Assembly (NCBI GenBank): GCA_002339085.1
Contig: DDDX01000073.1
Location: 563-46,453 of the forward strand
DNA: 45,891 bases
Source of the DNA: Cellvibrionales bacterium UBA1969
Lineage (GTDB): Bacteria > Pseudomonadota > Gammaproteobacteria > Pseudomonadales > UBA7434
Direction: 5' to 3'
Numbering within the stretch: position 1 is the first letter of the stretch; every line of letters starts with the position of its first letter. A program made the position numbers and the translations under genes. Below the pieces are notes generated by a model, which saw only the letters and a list, made by a program, of their open reading frames with translations, was not told where the DNA came from and did not search any database. Shown one piece after another: positions 24,550 to 34,525 of this stretch.

Positions 24550-25044
24550 ATGAAAGCGTTTAGCGGTGTTAGGACTCCGTGTATAGGTGTCTGCTCAACG
24601 GGTATCGGTGATTCGGTTTGTCGAGGTTGCAAACGGTTCGATTATGAAGTTATCCGCTGGAATGGTTTTGATCAGTCTGAAAAAATCGCCATCGATAATC
24701 GATTAAGTCAGCTGCTAGCAAAGGTTGTTAGCTGGCGTTTAGAGATTACCGATCTTGATCTTTTGGTGAGTCAATTAAAAACTCAGCAAATTAAATATCA
24801 CGAGACCCGTGACCCATACTGTTGGTTATTTGAGTTATTACGTGCTGGGGCTACTCAAATTGAAGATCCGAATCAGTTTGGTTTTGCTAAGTTAGCTATG
24901 TTTGAGCATAAAACACTGATTGAAATTCGCAGAGATATCGATGATGAGTTTTATGCCTTGTCAGTAGCTCATTACGAGCGTTATATGGTCGCTAATCGTC
25001 AGCGAGCTAACCGAGTTTCAGCCCAAGAGGTGATCGATGAGTAG
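24550..25044 (+). CDS. DUF1289-domain Cys-rich predicted Fe-S protein
   Basis: TPCIGVCS...CRGCKR..E...W motif plus a C-terminal extension. Confidence 0.8.
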   Translation: MKAFSGVRTPCIGVCSTGIGDSVCRGCKRFDYEVIRWNGFDQSEKIAIDNRLSQLLAKVVSWRLEITDLDLLVSQLKTQQIKYHETRDPYCWLFELLRAGATQIEDPNQFGFAKLAMFEHKTLIEIRRDIDDEFYALSVAHYERYMVANRQRANRVSAQEVIDE

Positions 25045-25681
25045 CACTGCTAAACTCCCGTTGAGTGATGCCAAATCGATTGATATAAGCGCGGTACTCG
25101 ATTTCTTAGGCTGTCAGACGCCTCATGCCTGGATTCAGAATGCGCTTAAAAACGAAGCTATCATGTTGGTAGATCATGCAAACTGCGAGAAAAAAGCCGC
25201 CTCTACTGCACTCAATTTACTCTATCGCTATACCGATAGGCCTGAGTTGCTTGATAAATTGTCACGTTTAGCTCGTGAAGAATTGCGCCATTTTGAGCAA
25301 GTTTTGGTTATCATGCGTAAACGGAATATTGACTATGCGCATATTGGTCCCTCGCGTTACGCGGGTGAACTCAGAAAGTTCGTCGCCAGTAATGAGCCAG
25401 ATAAACTGGTGGATACCTTAATCGTTGGTGCATTTATCGAAGCACGTTCCTGCGAAAGGTTTGCTATGCTAGTGCCTCGGTTAGATAAGCAGTTGGCGCA
25501 TTTTTATCAGTCATTGCTGCGCTCTGAGGCGCGACATTTCGAAGATTATCTCGCCTTAGCTGAGTCATATGCCGAGTCGGATATTTCCTCTAGGATTGAT
25601 TTTTGGCGCGAAAAAGAGGCCGAGTTAGTATTGCGGGCTGACAGTGAATTTCGGTTTCACAGTGGCCCGTTAACCGCCTAG
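25037..25681 (+). CDS. miaE: tRNA ms2i6A37 hydroxylase (di-iron)
   Basis: DHANCEKKAA, LAREELRHF, IEARSCERF, SEARHF. Confidence 0.95.
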   Translation: MSSTAKLPLSDAKSIDISAVLDFLGCQTPHAWIQNALKNEAIMLVDHANCEKKAASTALNLLYRYTDRPELLDKLSRLAREELRHFEQVLVIMRKRNIDYAHIGPSRYAGELRKFVASNEPDKLVDTLIVGAFIEARSCERFAMLVPRLDKQLAHFYQSLLRSEARHFEDYLALAESYAESDISSRIDFWREKEAELVLRADSEFRFHSGPLTA

Positions 25682-25736
25682 GACTGCCGAAAAAATAAAA
25701 ATAGTCAATTCGCTCTGCTTTTGCGGTATTGATTTT

Positions 25737-27893
25737 GTGATAACTATGGGTATAACAACCAAAAAAACCTTTTGCCGCTTTTGCCTTAGTTGCTGTGCAA
25801 TGGATGTCGATATTGATGATGATGGACAGGTGGTAGCATTACGCGGCGATGTTAAAAATCCTTTATCCGGCGGATATACTTGTCTGCGCGGTCGTGAACT
25901 GATTAATATTCAGCAGCACCCCGATCGTATTCGCGGCGCATTAAAACGCGTTGACGGAAAGTTTATAAGCATACCAATGAGCCAAGCATTGGACGAAATA
26001 GCCGTTAAGACACAGCAATTGATTAATCAACACGGTGGCCGTTCTATTGCCAGTTATAATGGCAGTTGGGCGTGGTCTAATTTGCCGACCTTGCCTTTGT
26101 CAAAGTCGTTTCATCGAGCTATTGATTCACCATCCGTTTTTTCACCCATGACGCTAGACCAGCCAGCCAAAGCTTTTATGCTATGTCGATTTGGATTATG
26201 GGCCGGTGGTATTCATTCTTTTAAAGATGCAGACGTGGCGATGTTCATTGGTAATAACGCACTGTTATCTCAGTATGCGCCAGCGGGCGGTTTGCCGCCC
26301 TACAATCCTGCTCGACGATTACAAGATGCACTTAACAGTGGTCTAAAACTCATTGTGATCGACCCACGTAGAACGGAGGTAGCGAACCGAGCGACACTGC
26401 ACTTGCAGCTAAGACCGGGTGAAGATACGACTTTGCTAGCCGGTATGCTCAGGATTATTATCGATGAGCAGTTGTATGACGCTGATTTTTGTGAGGAGTT
26501 TATTGATGATCTAAGCGGTTTAAGAGCGAGCCTTGAGCCATTTGATCTCGATTACGTGAGTCGTCGTACAGATCTACCGTCTGAGCAAATTGTTACAGCG
26601 GCAAGAATGTTTGCTAGCGGGCCTAGGGGAGCGGCTTCAACCGGCACAGGCCCAGAAATGTCACCGAGAGGCTCGCTAACCGAGCATATGGTGATGACGA
26701 TTAATGCTCTTTGTGGTCGTTATTATCGCGAAGGTGAGGTGCCAGCCGCCGCGCCTCCGCTGAGTGTGGGTCGCCAACCTAAGGCGCAGGTAGTGTTCCC
26801 GCCACAGGCCTGGGGCGAAGGTTTTGTAAAATCGCGGTTTAGGGGGTTAACTCAAATTGGCGATGAAATGCCATGCAATGTGATGGCTGATGAGATTCTA
26901 ACCCCGGGTGAGGGGCAGATTCGTGCGCTGTTTAGCATCGGTGGTAACCCGATGGTGGCATTTCCTAATCAAGATAAAATTGCCCGCGCGCTCGAGGATC
27001 TTGATTTGCTTGTTGCCATTGATCCTTGGTTGTCAGCGACGTCTCGCCGCGCGGACTATATTTTAGGCCCTAAGGTGGCGCTAGAGCGAGAAGACGCAAC
27101 TCTATTAGGTGAAATGTATTTTGAAGAACCCTACGCCCATTATACAGAAGCAATGGTTGAACCGCAGGGTGATACGATCGAAGAGTGGGAATTTTATTGG
27201 GAATTAGCTGCACGACTTTCTATCCCTTTGTCTATTCATAGCCAGCCGGTGCCGATGGATCAATGTCCATCAAAATATCAGATTACTGAATTAGTGGCAC
27301 ATGGTTCTCGCGTTTCACTGGCTAAAGTGAAAGCTGAAACCGAGCAAAAGGGCGGGAAGATTTTTGATGAAGCAAGAACTATAGTGGGGCCCAAGAGCGC
27401 GCATAATCATCACCGCTTTCGTGTGCTTCCTAACGACGTCAAGCAGCAATTGGCTGAGGTTGCGCAAGAGCCATTAAATCAACTGGGGTTACGCGTTGCT
27501 GAGGAAGGCTATAGTCATTTATTAATTTCGCGCAGGATAAAACAATTTTTTAATTCGACCGGACATAATTTAGACGCCTTAAGACAAAAAGGCACTACTA
27601 ATTATGCCTATATGCACCCCGATGATTTAGCTAATATGGGGTTAAGCTCAGAGGCCATGGTTGAAATTTCTTCACCGGCAGGCAGTGTAATTGGCCTAGT
27701 AAAAGCCAGTAATGATCTCAAAGTAGGGGTCATCTCTATGGCTCATGCCTTTGGAGACACCAACAGTGACACCAGTAATGTGATGCTCCAAGGTTCATCA
27801 ACTAACCGTCTGGTCTCAGACGAGCAGCACTTCGATCCAATTACTGGGCAGGCACGGCAGAGTGCTATTCCCGTATCAATTCGCGCGCTATAA
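25737..27893 (+). CDS. Molybdopterin-dependent oxidoreductase (DMSO reductase/MopB superfamily), substrate unknown
   Basis: N-terminal CxxCxxxC...C 4Fe-4S motif, VIDPRRTE, RPGED, GGNP, and C-terminal MHPDDLA dinucleotide-binding domain. Alternative start ATG 25746. Confidence 0.9.
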   Translation: MITMGITTKKTFCRFCLSCCAMDVDIDDDGQVVALRGDVKNPLSGGYTCLRGRELINIQQHPDRIRGALKRVDGKFISIPMSQALDEIAVKTQQLINQHGGRSIASYNGSWAWSNLPTLPLSKSFHRAIDSPSVFSPMTLDQPAKAFMLCRFGLWAGGIHSFKDADVAMFIGNNALLSQYAPAGGLPPYNPARRLQDALNSGLKLIVIDPRRTEVANRATLHLQLRPGEDTTLLAGMLRIIIDEQLYDADFCEEFIDDLSGLRASLEPFDLDYVSRRTDLPSEQIVTAARMFASGPRGAASTGTGPEMSPRGSLTEHMVMTINALCGRYYREGEVPAAAPPLSVGRQPKAQVVFPPQAWGEGFVKSRFRGLTQIGDEMPCNVMADEILTPGEGQIRALFSIGGNPMVAFPNQDKIARALEDLDLLVAIDPWLSATSRRADYILGPKVALEREDATLLGEMYFEEPYAHYTEAMVEPQGDTIEEWEFYWELAARLSIPLSIHSQPVPMDQCPSKYQITELVAHGSRVSLAKVKAETEQKGGKIFDEARTIVGPKSAHNHHRFRVLPNDVKQQLAEVAQEPLNQLGLRVAEEGYSHLLISRRIKQFFNSTGHNLDALRQKGTTNYAYMHPDDLANMGLSSEAMVEISSPAGSVIGLVKASNDLKVGVISMAHAFGDTNSDTSNVMLQGSSTNRLVSDEQHFDPITGQARQSAIPVSIRAL

Positions 27894-27945
27894 ACACACA
27901 ATTCATGGTAGAGTAACCCTTATCTTCATTGGTCAGGTGTTAGCA

Positions 27946-29217
27946 ATGGTTGCCGATAGCTCACAATCAACATTGGATTCAGTGTCAACGCCAAGCTTTA
28001 AGCAAGCGTTACTGAATCGTCGTATGTTGATTTGTATCTTTACTGGGTTTACCTCGGGACTACCCCTTTACTTATTAATTCAATTGGTGCCTGCATGGCT
28101 AAGAGTTGGGGGTGTAGGTCTTGCTGAAATAGGCTTTTTCTCTTTGGTTGGCTTGCCTTATACCTGGAAGTTTCTCTGGGCGCCCATGATGGATCGTTTT
28201 AGTTTGCCTTTTTTAGGTCGGCGCCGAGGTTGGATGTTACTGACCCAGTTAGCGTTAATGCTATCGATGATTGCGCTCGGATTTATTCAGCCGCAGTTAT
28301 CGGTTTGGACGGTGGCTTATTTGGCCGCCGTTGTAGCTTTTTTTAGCGCCAGTCAAGATATCGTGTTAGATGCTTACCGTCGAGAATTACTCCCTGACAT
28401 TGAATTGGGTATGGGTAATGCCATTCATGTTCAAGCCTATCGCTTAGCGGGTTTAGTACCGGGCTCCCTGGCGTTAATCTTGGCGGACTTTCTCGCTTGG
28501 CATTGGGTATTTTCAGTCGTGGCTGCTTTCATGATGGTGGGCATTATTTTAACCCTTAGTATTGATGAGGCGATTGCTGAGCCTTCGCCTCCAAAAACAC
28601 TGAAAGATGCGGTTATTAATCCTTTTCGTGACTTTATTGATCAGCAGGGTTTGCGTTCTGCGATGATGGTGCTGTTGTTTTTAGTGTTGTATAAGCTTGG
28701 CGATAATATGGCGACGGCTTTATCAACCCCGTTTTATTTAGATGTGGGTTTTAGTCTTAGTCAAATTGGTTCGATTGCTAAGGTGGCTTCATTGGTTGCG
28801 GTCATTGTCGGTGGTTTAGTGGGCGGCTTGATGATGCTTAAGCTGGGTATTAATAAGGGTTTATGGTTGTTTGGTATCGTTCAAGTGATCAGTATTTTAG
28901 GGTTTGCAGTACTAGCGGAAGTGGGAGCTAATCCTTGGGTCTTAGGCGCAGTTGTAGCATTGGAATATTTAGGGGTTGGGCTAGGCACGGCAGCATTTAC
29001 GGCCTTTATTGCGCGAGCGACTAACCCAGCTTTTGCCGCCACGCAGTTTGCACTATTTACTGCTCTAGCCGCACTACCTAGGAATCTAGCCAATGCAACA
29101 ACGGGTATTATTGTTGAGCAAGTGGGTTGGACGGCATTTTTTATTTTTTGTACATTGCTGGCTATTCCAGGCATGTTGTTATTAATTAAAGTCGCACCAT
29201 GGTCTGAAAAAACCTAA
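27946..29217 (+). CDS. ampG: AmpG-family muropeptide MFS transporter
   Basis: GFTSGLP, PYTWKFLWAP, GRRRGW, SASQDIVLDAYRRE, LYKLGD, ATQFAL. Start ATG 27946 after AGGTG. Confidence 0.92.
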   Translation: MVADSSQSTLDSVSTPSFKQALLNRRMLICIFTGFTSGLPLYLLIQLVPAWLRVGGVGLAEIGFFSLVGLPYTWKFLWAPMMDRFSLPFLGRRRGWMLLTQLALMLSMIALGFIQPQLSVWTVAYLAAVVAFFSASQDIVLDAYRRELLPDIELGMGNAIHVQAYRLAGLVPGSLALILADFLAWHWVFSVVAAFMMVGIILTLSIDEAIAEPSPPKTLKDAVINPFRDFIDQQGLRSAMMVLLFLVLYKLGDNMATALSTPFYLDVGFSLSQIGSIAKVASLVAVIVGGLVGGLMMLKLGINKGLWLFGIVQVISILGFAVLAEVGANPWVLGAVVALEYLGVGLGTAAFTAFIARATNPAFAATQFALFTALAALPRNLANATTGIIVEQVGWTAFFIFCTLLAIPGMLLLIKVAPWSEKT

Positions 29218-29249
29218 AGGCACTTTCCTAAAGTCATGAAGGTGAGCTT

Positions 29250-30998
29250 TTACTCGGGGTAGAGCGGTGCGAGTATTTTCTTACTCGGTGGTTGTTGATT
29301 ACTCTGTGCGTCAGCATTCTCAACAGCGCTTTTTAATGCTTGACCATTCCATGGAGTTTTTTCCCTATCATTAGTCTCAAGCTTGTGGTCGGCATAAAGA
29401 TAGTAATCCAATGCTTCCATAGCGTTTTTTAGTGCCGTATCGCAAGTAAGTGCCTTGATCGAGCTATCCTTAGACATACACTCCTTATGATAGCTCAGGT
29501 AAGCGGTTAAGGCTTGCTTGGCTTTTAAAGGGTTATCTTGCTTGCAGGCCAGCAGTAATTCGCGCTTAAGTCGCTCAATATTTTTGTCGAGCGTCAAATC
29601 AGTTTTGGGCTGTTGGCTGGCGTTTTTATTGGCTCGAGTGTGATTGGTATAAAGCCAGCCTAAAGCGAGAAGTAGGGTACTGATCATCCATGGATTGAAC
29701 GCCGGATCACTCGTCTCGGCCCCTTGTTCGACGGCTATCTTGCTATCTTGCTGTGGTTGTTTATCGCTGCTGGAAATGACGGCATTTTTGCGGTCCGGAG
29801 TATTATTAATTGGGGGCAGTACATTGATGACTTGCGGGTCAATACTAGTCACTTCAAAGCGATTTTTTGTTGTGTTCCACCATTCGACTTCAATAGCAGG
29901 CAAAGTAATTTTTCCCTCGACGGTTGGAATCAGTGCGACCGTATCTTTTCGGCGACCTGCAATGCCTCTGTCAAAGGTCTGATTGATAAATTCAGGCTTT
30001 TCAGGATAGCTGTTTAGACTATCTGTTGGCGAGGATAAAGTAAACGGTAGTTTTTCCGCGGCTAAGCCTTCGGCGGTAATTTCAATATTGCGACTAATGG
30101 GTTCGCCGACGCGAGCGTTGAGTGATGCTGTGTCAAAAGAAGATGTTATAGTCAGCTTACTCGAAGGTAGCCAGTAAGACGATGAATCAGCGCCAGCGGG
30201 CTTGGCTAATACGTTAATATTAACAGTATCAGCTTTTAAACGGAGCTCTTTACCTCGAGAGAAGGGGTCATAGCCAAATAGTCGGTTTTGTCTTGAAGTG
30301 GTTAAAGCGGTAAGTTGTTGCCCATCAATCGTCTTGATGCCCGGCCGATTAAAAAAGATAGCGTAGCGCTTTTCTATCACATAAAAGTTGCTGCCGTTAA
30401 TTCTGCGAGTGTAATTTTTATTATCTAATGCGACGATATCGGCATCAGCAATACTCAAGGGTGATATTTCGGCATTATTCAATTGAATTTGATGAATAAT
30501 TCTCAGTGTATAGATGGCCTGTGCCCCAACCACTGTGCTCACTTGATCAATCTCTGTTTCAAGTATGACTTGCTGACTGTCCATCTGGCTTGGTACGGGC
30601 GCGGCTTTTATAACGGTGATATCAATCGCTTGAGATTCTTGCTTGTTGAGTTTTAGTGGTGGGATAGAAGCTTTACCGATTTCTTGAGGAGTAATAATAA
30701 CGACTCTTTTTTTGATCGAATCTGTTCTACCATTAATCATAGAATACGACTTTTGTGAAGTTTCTTTAACAACAGTAAATTTTTCTTCAAGCAGGGTAAG
30801 GTTAACGTCATCGGGATTATCGCCATTGGTAGATGTGATTTCTAGACGGATGGTTTCATTAATTGGCACGACCTGCCTATCGACCGTCACGGTAAAACCA
30901 TAGGCCGTTGTTAGTGTCGATAAAAAAAGCCAAAAGCTAGTAATCGCTGTTCGAGCGATTTTTTGACTGGCACGGCGCAGTTTTAAATACCTTACCAT
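29250..30998 (-). CDS. BatD-family exported protein
   Basis: Signal peptide, TVDR, WLP, LPAIEVEWWNT, C-terminal TM and LAPLYP. Last gene of the Bat operon. Confidence 0.85.
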   Translation of the reverse strand: MVRYLKLRRASQKIARTAITSFWLFLSTLTTAYGFTVTVDRQVVPINETIRLEITSTNGDNPDDVNLTLLEEKFTVVKETSQKSYSMINGRTDSIKKRVVIITPQEIGKASIPPLKLNKQESQAIDITVIKAAPVPSQMDSQQVILETEIDQVSTVVGAQAIYTLRIIHQIQLNNAEISPLSIADADIVALDNKNYTRRINGSNFYVIEKRYAIFFNRPGIKTIDGQQLTALTTSRQNRLFGYDPFSRGKELRLKADTVNINVLAKPAGADSSSYWLPSSKLTITSSFDTASLNARVGEPISRNIEITAEGLAAEKLPFTLSSPTDSLNSYPEKPEFINQTFDRGIAGRRKDTVALIPTVEGKITLPAIEVEWWNTTKNRFEVTSIDPQVINVLPPINNTPDRKNAVISSSDKQPQQDSKIAVEQGAETSDPAFNPWMISTLLLALGWLYTNHTRANKNASQQPKTDLTLDKNIERLKRELLLACKQDNPLKAKQALTAYLSYHKECMSKDSSIKALTCDTALKNAMEALDYYLYADHKLETNDREKTPWNGQALKSAVENADAQSNQQPPSKKILAPLYPE

Positions 30999-32983
30999 AA
31001 TTGTCCCTCTTCGTTGTTATCTAAATATTGACCCCTCTGTTCATTGACTTGACGTTGATAATTAAATTTACGTCGGAGCAAGCCGCCTGGGTCATCCGGT
31101 ATTTTTTGTAGCCATTGCTCAAGCTCTGCTTGCCGTTGCGGATCGAGGTCTTTTTTGGTGCCGATGTCCTGACTACCACTGTCGCTAACCCTTTCATTTT
31201 TTTTAAGTGAAGGCTGTTCTGCTTGGGTTTCTATCGGTTGATAAGCATTATCAGACTGCTCTGATGATTGTTCTTGTTCTTGCCCCTGCTGTTCTTCCTG
31301 CTGTGTTTTAGCTGCCCGCTGAGCCTGTTGATCAAGTAGTGCGTTTTGTCGGTCCTCGGTTTCGTCTGTTCTCCCTGTATGCTGCTTTTCACTGTAATCG
31401 GAAGCGTTTTCGGAATTGCTCGACGGATTAGCGTCATTAGACGCATCAGATGATTGAGAGCTAGTGGTATCAGTGCCGTCTTGCTCGTTTGCATCACCTT
31501 GCTGCCCTTGTTGGTTTTGCTCCTGTTGTTGTTTCTGAAGTTGTTCAAGTAACGCCTTGGCTGCTTTTGCCTGTTCTAAATCGGGATTTAATGATAACGC
31601 TGTGTCGTAGGCATTAATGGCGCTTTCAAAATCTTGCCTGTGAGCAAAACTGTGGCCTAAGTTGTAATGGAGGTTGGCCAAGTTGTTTGGCTGTTGCTCA
31701 GTAGTTTCGATGGCGTGACTAAACTGTTCGATGGCTTTATCATAATTTTTAGCCTTAAAAGCAGCAAAGCCTCTCCAATCTGCCCGATCGAAAGTTTTAG
31801 TCGCTTCGGTGTAGGCTTGTTGATTAAACAGCGCCGCGCCTTGTTGATCGTCAGTTTGCCAGAGATCTTGCCATTCAATAGATGATTTTTCTGGATTTTG
31901 AGCCGCCCAGACCGACTCTGCCGTCATAAAATTAACACTAAGCACTAAGCTGAGTAACCAACCACGTCGAAAGCTAAACAGGACAAATGGCAGTAAGGCG
32001 ATTGCAAAATAAGCGCCACGATCGTATTGCTGGTCTACTTTTTGGCTGGAGTCTTTATCCGCATTATCTGGTGAGGATCCTCTTACGCTCAGTGACAGCT
32101 CTTGATTAAAGATGCGATCGATATCACTATTATCTGCCCTTAAGTCTAGATATTGCCCCTGCGTTTTTGTGCTTATAGCCATTAAACGGTCACGACTCAT
32201 TGGTGCTTTAACAATACGACCGCTATCAGTTTTAACGAATTTACCTGATGGCAGAGTTACGGGCCCACCTTGTTCAGTGCCTACACCAATAATGAACAGT
32301 TGTGCATCTTGGCGACGAACCTGTTTAATAATAGATTCTGTTTGGCTAGCCAGTACCTCGTCTGTTAGCCATACTAGTGTGCGCTGCTTTGCTGCACTTT
32401 GCTCAAGTAACTGCTCAGCCAAAATAAAGGCTGCGTCTGCATTGCTGCCGATGCTTGGCATAATTTCAGGTGTCAATGAGGGGACTAATGCGGCGATATT
32501 ATTGCCGTCGTCGGTTAACGGTGAGACAATATGTGCGTCACCCGAGTAGGCCACTAAAGCAATTTGCCGATCTTTGTTTCTTTTCAGTAGTTCCAAAATC
32601 TTATAGCGCATGCGTACTAGTCGAGAGGGCTTGATGTCGCTGGTGTGCATCGATAGGGTCAGATCTGCAATGACTACCATCGCATGACTATTCTTTTCAA
32701 CCGGGCTGGATACTTTTTCCCAGCTGGGCCCTGCTAGGCTAAAACAGGCGATAAGGCAGGCAGTGCAAGCGGCGAGAAGGGGCCATGTGTGGGTAGCGGT
32801 AGTCTTAGCTGCGCGTTTATTTAGTAAGTAGGGTCGAAGCTCCTCAGCAATAATACTGTTCCAGTCGGTTTTATTTTGTAGTACTCGGTTTAGGATGAAA
32901 AATAAAATAATAATGATTGGCATCAACCACAGGTAGCCAGTTCTGATAAAAGTAAATTGCTCAATTAGGGTTAATAAGCTCAT
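30992..32983 (-). CDS. vWA + TPR membrane protein (BatB/BatC-like fusion)
   Basis: AGPSW, DLTLSM...DIKPSR, YNLG TPR, Q-rich linker, IPDDPGGLLRRKF. Confidence 0.88.
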   Translation of the reverse strand: MSLLTLIEQFTFIRTGYLWLMPIIIILFFILNRVLQNKTDWNSIIAEELRPYLLNKRAAKTTATHTWPLLAACTACLIACFSLAGPSWEKVSSPVEKNSHAMVVIADLTLSMHTSDIKPSRLVRMRYKILELLKRNKDRQIALVAYSGDAHIVSPLTDDGNNIAALVPSLTPEIMPSIGSNADAAFILAEQLLEQSAAKQRTLVWLTDEVLASQTESIIKQVRRQDAQLFIIGVGTEQGGPVTLPSGKFVKTDSGRIVKAPMSRDRLMAISTKTQGQYLDLRADNSDIDRIFNQELSLSVRGSSPDNADKDSSQKVDQQYDRGAYFAIALLPFVLFSFRRGWLLSLVLSVNFMTAESVWAAQNPEKSSIEWQDLWQTDDQQGAALFNQQAYTEATKTFDRADWRGFAAFKAKNYDKAIEQFSHAIETTEQQPNNLANLHYNLGHSFAHRQDFESAINAYDTALSLNPDLEQAKAAKALLEQLQKQQQEQNQQGQQGDANEQDGTDTTSSQSSDASNDANPSSNSENASDYSEKQHTGRTDETEDRQNALLDQQAQRAAKTQQEEQQGQEQEQSSEQSDNAYQPIETQAEQPSLKKNERVSDSGSQDIGTKKDLDPQRQAELEQWLQKIPDDPGGLLRRKFNYQRQVNEQRGQYLDNNEEGQLW

Positions 32984-34005
32984 GATAACGGGTCTGCCTC
33001 ACGAGTTGTTTGCCTGCTAATCAGCGCGACCAATAATAGCTCGGCAATGATAAGCAGTAATGCGATAGCCAATGCAAGACTAAGGGGTATATAAAATAAT
33101 TGCTGCGTTGGCCGATAAAACTGAGCCTCTTGATCAACCGGTTCGATTCGATCAAGCTCGTTATAAATAGTTTCTAACTGTTCGGTATTTTTAGCCCGAA
33201 AGAACAGTCCGCCTGTTTCAGCAGCAATAATTTTAAGCGTCTTCTCATCTAGGTTAGACGGTCGACGTGTTTGTCGACTAAACCATGAGTTTTGTATTGT
33301 GAAATCTGCGCCTATCGCGATAGTATGAATTTTGATTTGATTTTCAGTAGCTAAGGCGCTTGCCTCTAAGGGGTTTATCTTGCCAGCGTTGTTAGCTCCG
33401 TCGGTTAGCAGTATTAGAGTTCTTGATTGGTTAGGTCTTTCAATAAGTCGTTTAATTGCCAAGCCGAGTGCGTCACCAATTGCCGTTTTTTGGCCAGCAA
33501 ACCCCAGCTGTGCCTCATCAAGTAGTTGCTTTACTGTCGATAAGTCAAAGGTCAGAGGCGCTTGGACATAGGCTTGATCGGCAAATAAGATCAGACCGAT
33601 TCGGTCACCATTGCGGCGATCAATAAAATCATTTAATACTTTTTTGACACTATCAATCCGTCTGACTGTCTCTCCCTCTAGTTGCATGTCGAGCTCATTC
33701 ATGCTGCCTGAGATATCCACGGCTAGCATCATGTCTCTAGCGATAGAATTAATCTTAATCGGCGCTCCTTGAATAATCGGGCGGTTTACGGCAGTTAATA
33801 ATAACAGCCAGATCAGCAGCAATATAAACCCTTTTATCGATAACGCTTTTTCAGTTAGTGGTGTTTGTTTTTGAATGGCTTCAAGCCTTCCTACAAATGG
33901 TGCGCGTAAAGCTTGGTGACTTTTTTTGTTGGCAGGCAAGTAATGAAAAATAAACCATGGGAGCGGTATTAAGATAAACCACCAGTATGTTTCAAAGTTA
34001 ATCAT
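32980..34005 (-). CDS. vWA-domain membrane protein (BatA-like)
   Basis: MIDAS motif DISGS, DRIGLILF, TAIGDA, LLTDG. Confidence 0.9.
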   Translation of the reverse strand: MINFETYWWFILIPLPWFIFHYLPANKKSHQALRAPFVGRLEAIQKQTPLTEKALSIKGFILLLIWLLLLTAVNRPIIQGAPIKINSIARDMMLAVDISGSMNELDMQLEGETVRRIDSVKKVLNDFIDRRNGDRIGLILFADQAYVQAPLTFDLSTVKQLLDEAQLGFAGQKTAIGDALGLAIKRLIERPNQSRTLILLTDGANNAGKINPLEASALATENQIKIHTIAIGADFTIQNSWFSRQTRRPSNLDEKTLKIIAAETGGLFFRAKNTEQLETIYNELDRIEPVDQEAQFYRPTQQLFYIPLSLALAIALLLIIAELLLVALISRQTTREADPLS

Positions 34006-34525
34006 GATGCTGACTTGTCGCTAAAGGCTTGTTGATCTCGACCGATTTAAACCATGCAGTGAGATAAGTATGTAGGGCATTAATGTCAGCGCTTTGTTGC
34101 TGTTTGGGCTGATAAATTTTGATCAAATGATTAAGTTCATGCTGTTCTTTTATTGCCGATGGAGATCGTTGCTTCAGAAAGTCTAGCCAAGCCTGGCCGC
34201 TTAGCTTGGCACAGGAGAGATGAGGGTATTGCTGTAAGCAAAACCGTCGAAGTAATTGATTGACGCTAAGTAAATATTGCTGTTCATTATGATTTACTGT
34301 GTATTTTTGATGGTAGAGCACTAGCGTTTTTACCGCTTCTCGTTTTAATGCGGTGGAGCGCTGCCATGTCCAAAAAGCATAGCTGGCTGCAGCTATGCTT
34401 AACACGAGACTTAGTGCTAATATCCACCAACCGATGGCGGGCGGCCAAGCCTCTACTGCCGTTGGTAATATAGGTGGCGGTAGAAGATCTAAAGGGTTGT
34501 TGGCCGGTTGTGGGGTGTTATTCAT
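33998..34525 (-). CDS. DUF4381-family membrane protein
   Basis: WPPAIGWW, TM segment, LLRR, LSGQAWLDFL. Confidence 0.85.
   Translation of the reverse strand: MNNTPQPANNPLDLLPPPILPTAVEAWPPAIGWWILALSLVLSIAAASYAFWTWQRSTALKREAVKTLVLYHQKYTVNHNEQQYLLSVNQLLRRFCLQQYPHLSCAKLSGQAWLDFLKQRSPSAIKEQHELNHLIKIYQPKQQQSADINALHTYLTAWFKSVEINKPLATSQHHD

Noticed and set aside
29216-29251. Bidirectional terminator between ampG and batD
   Set aside because: Only a weak 7-bp stem with a large loop, too poor to call.
31230-31545. Gln-rich repetitive stretch in the vWA/TPR gene
   Set aside because: A low-complexity linker typical of this family, not a DNA repeat array or CRISPR.
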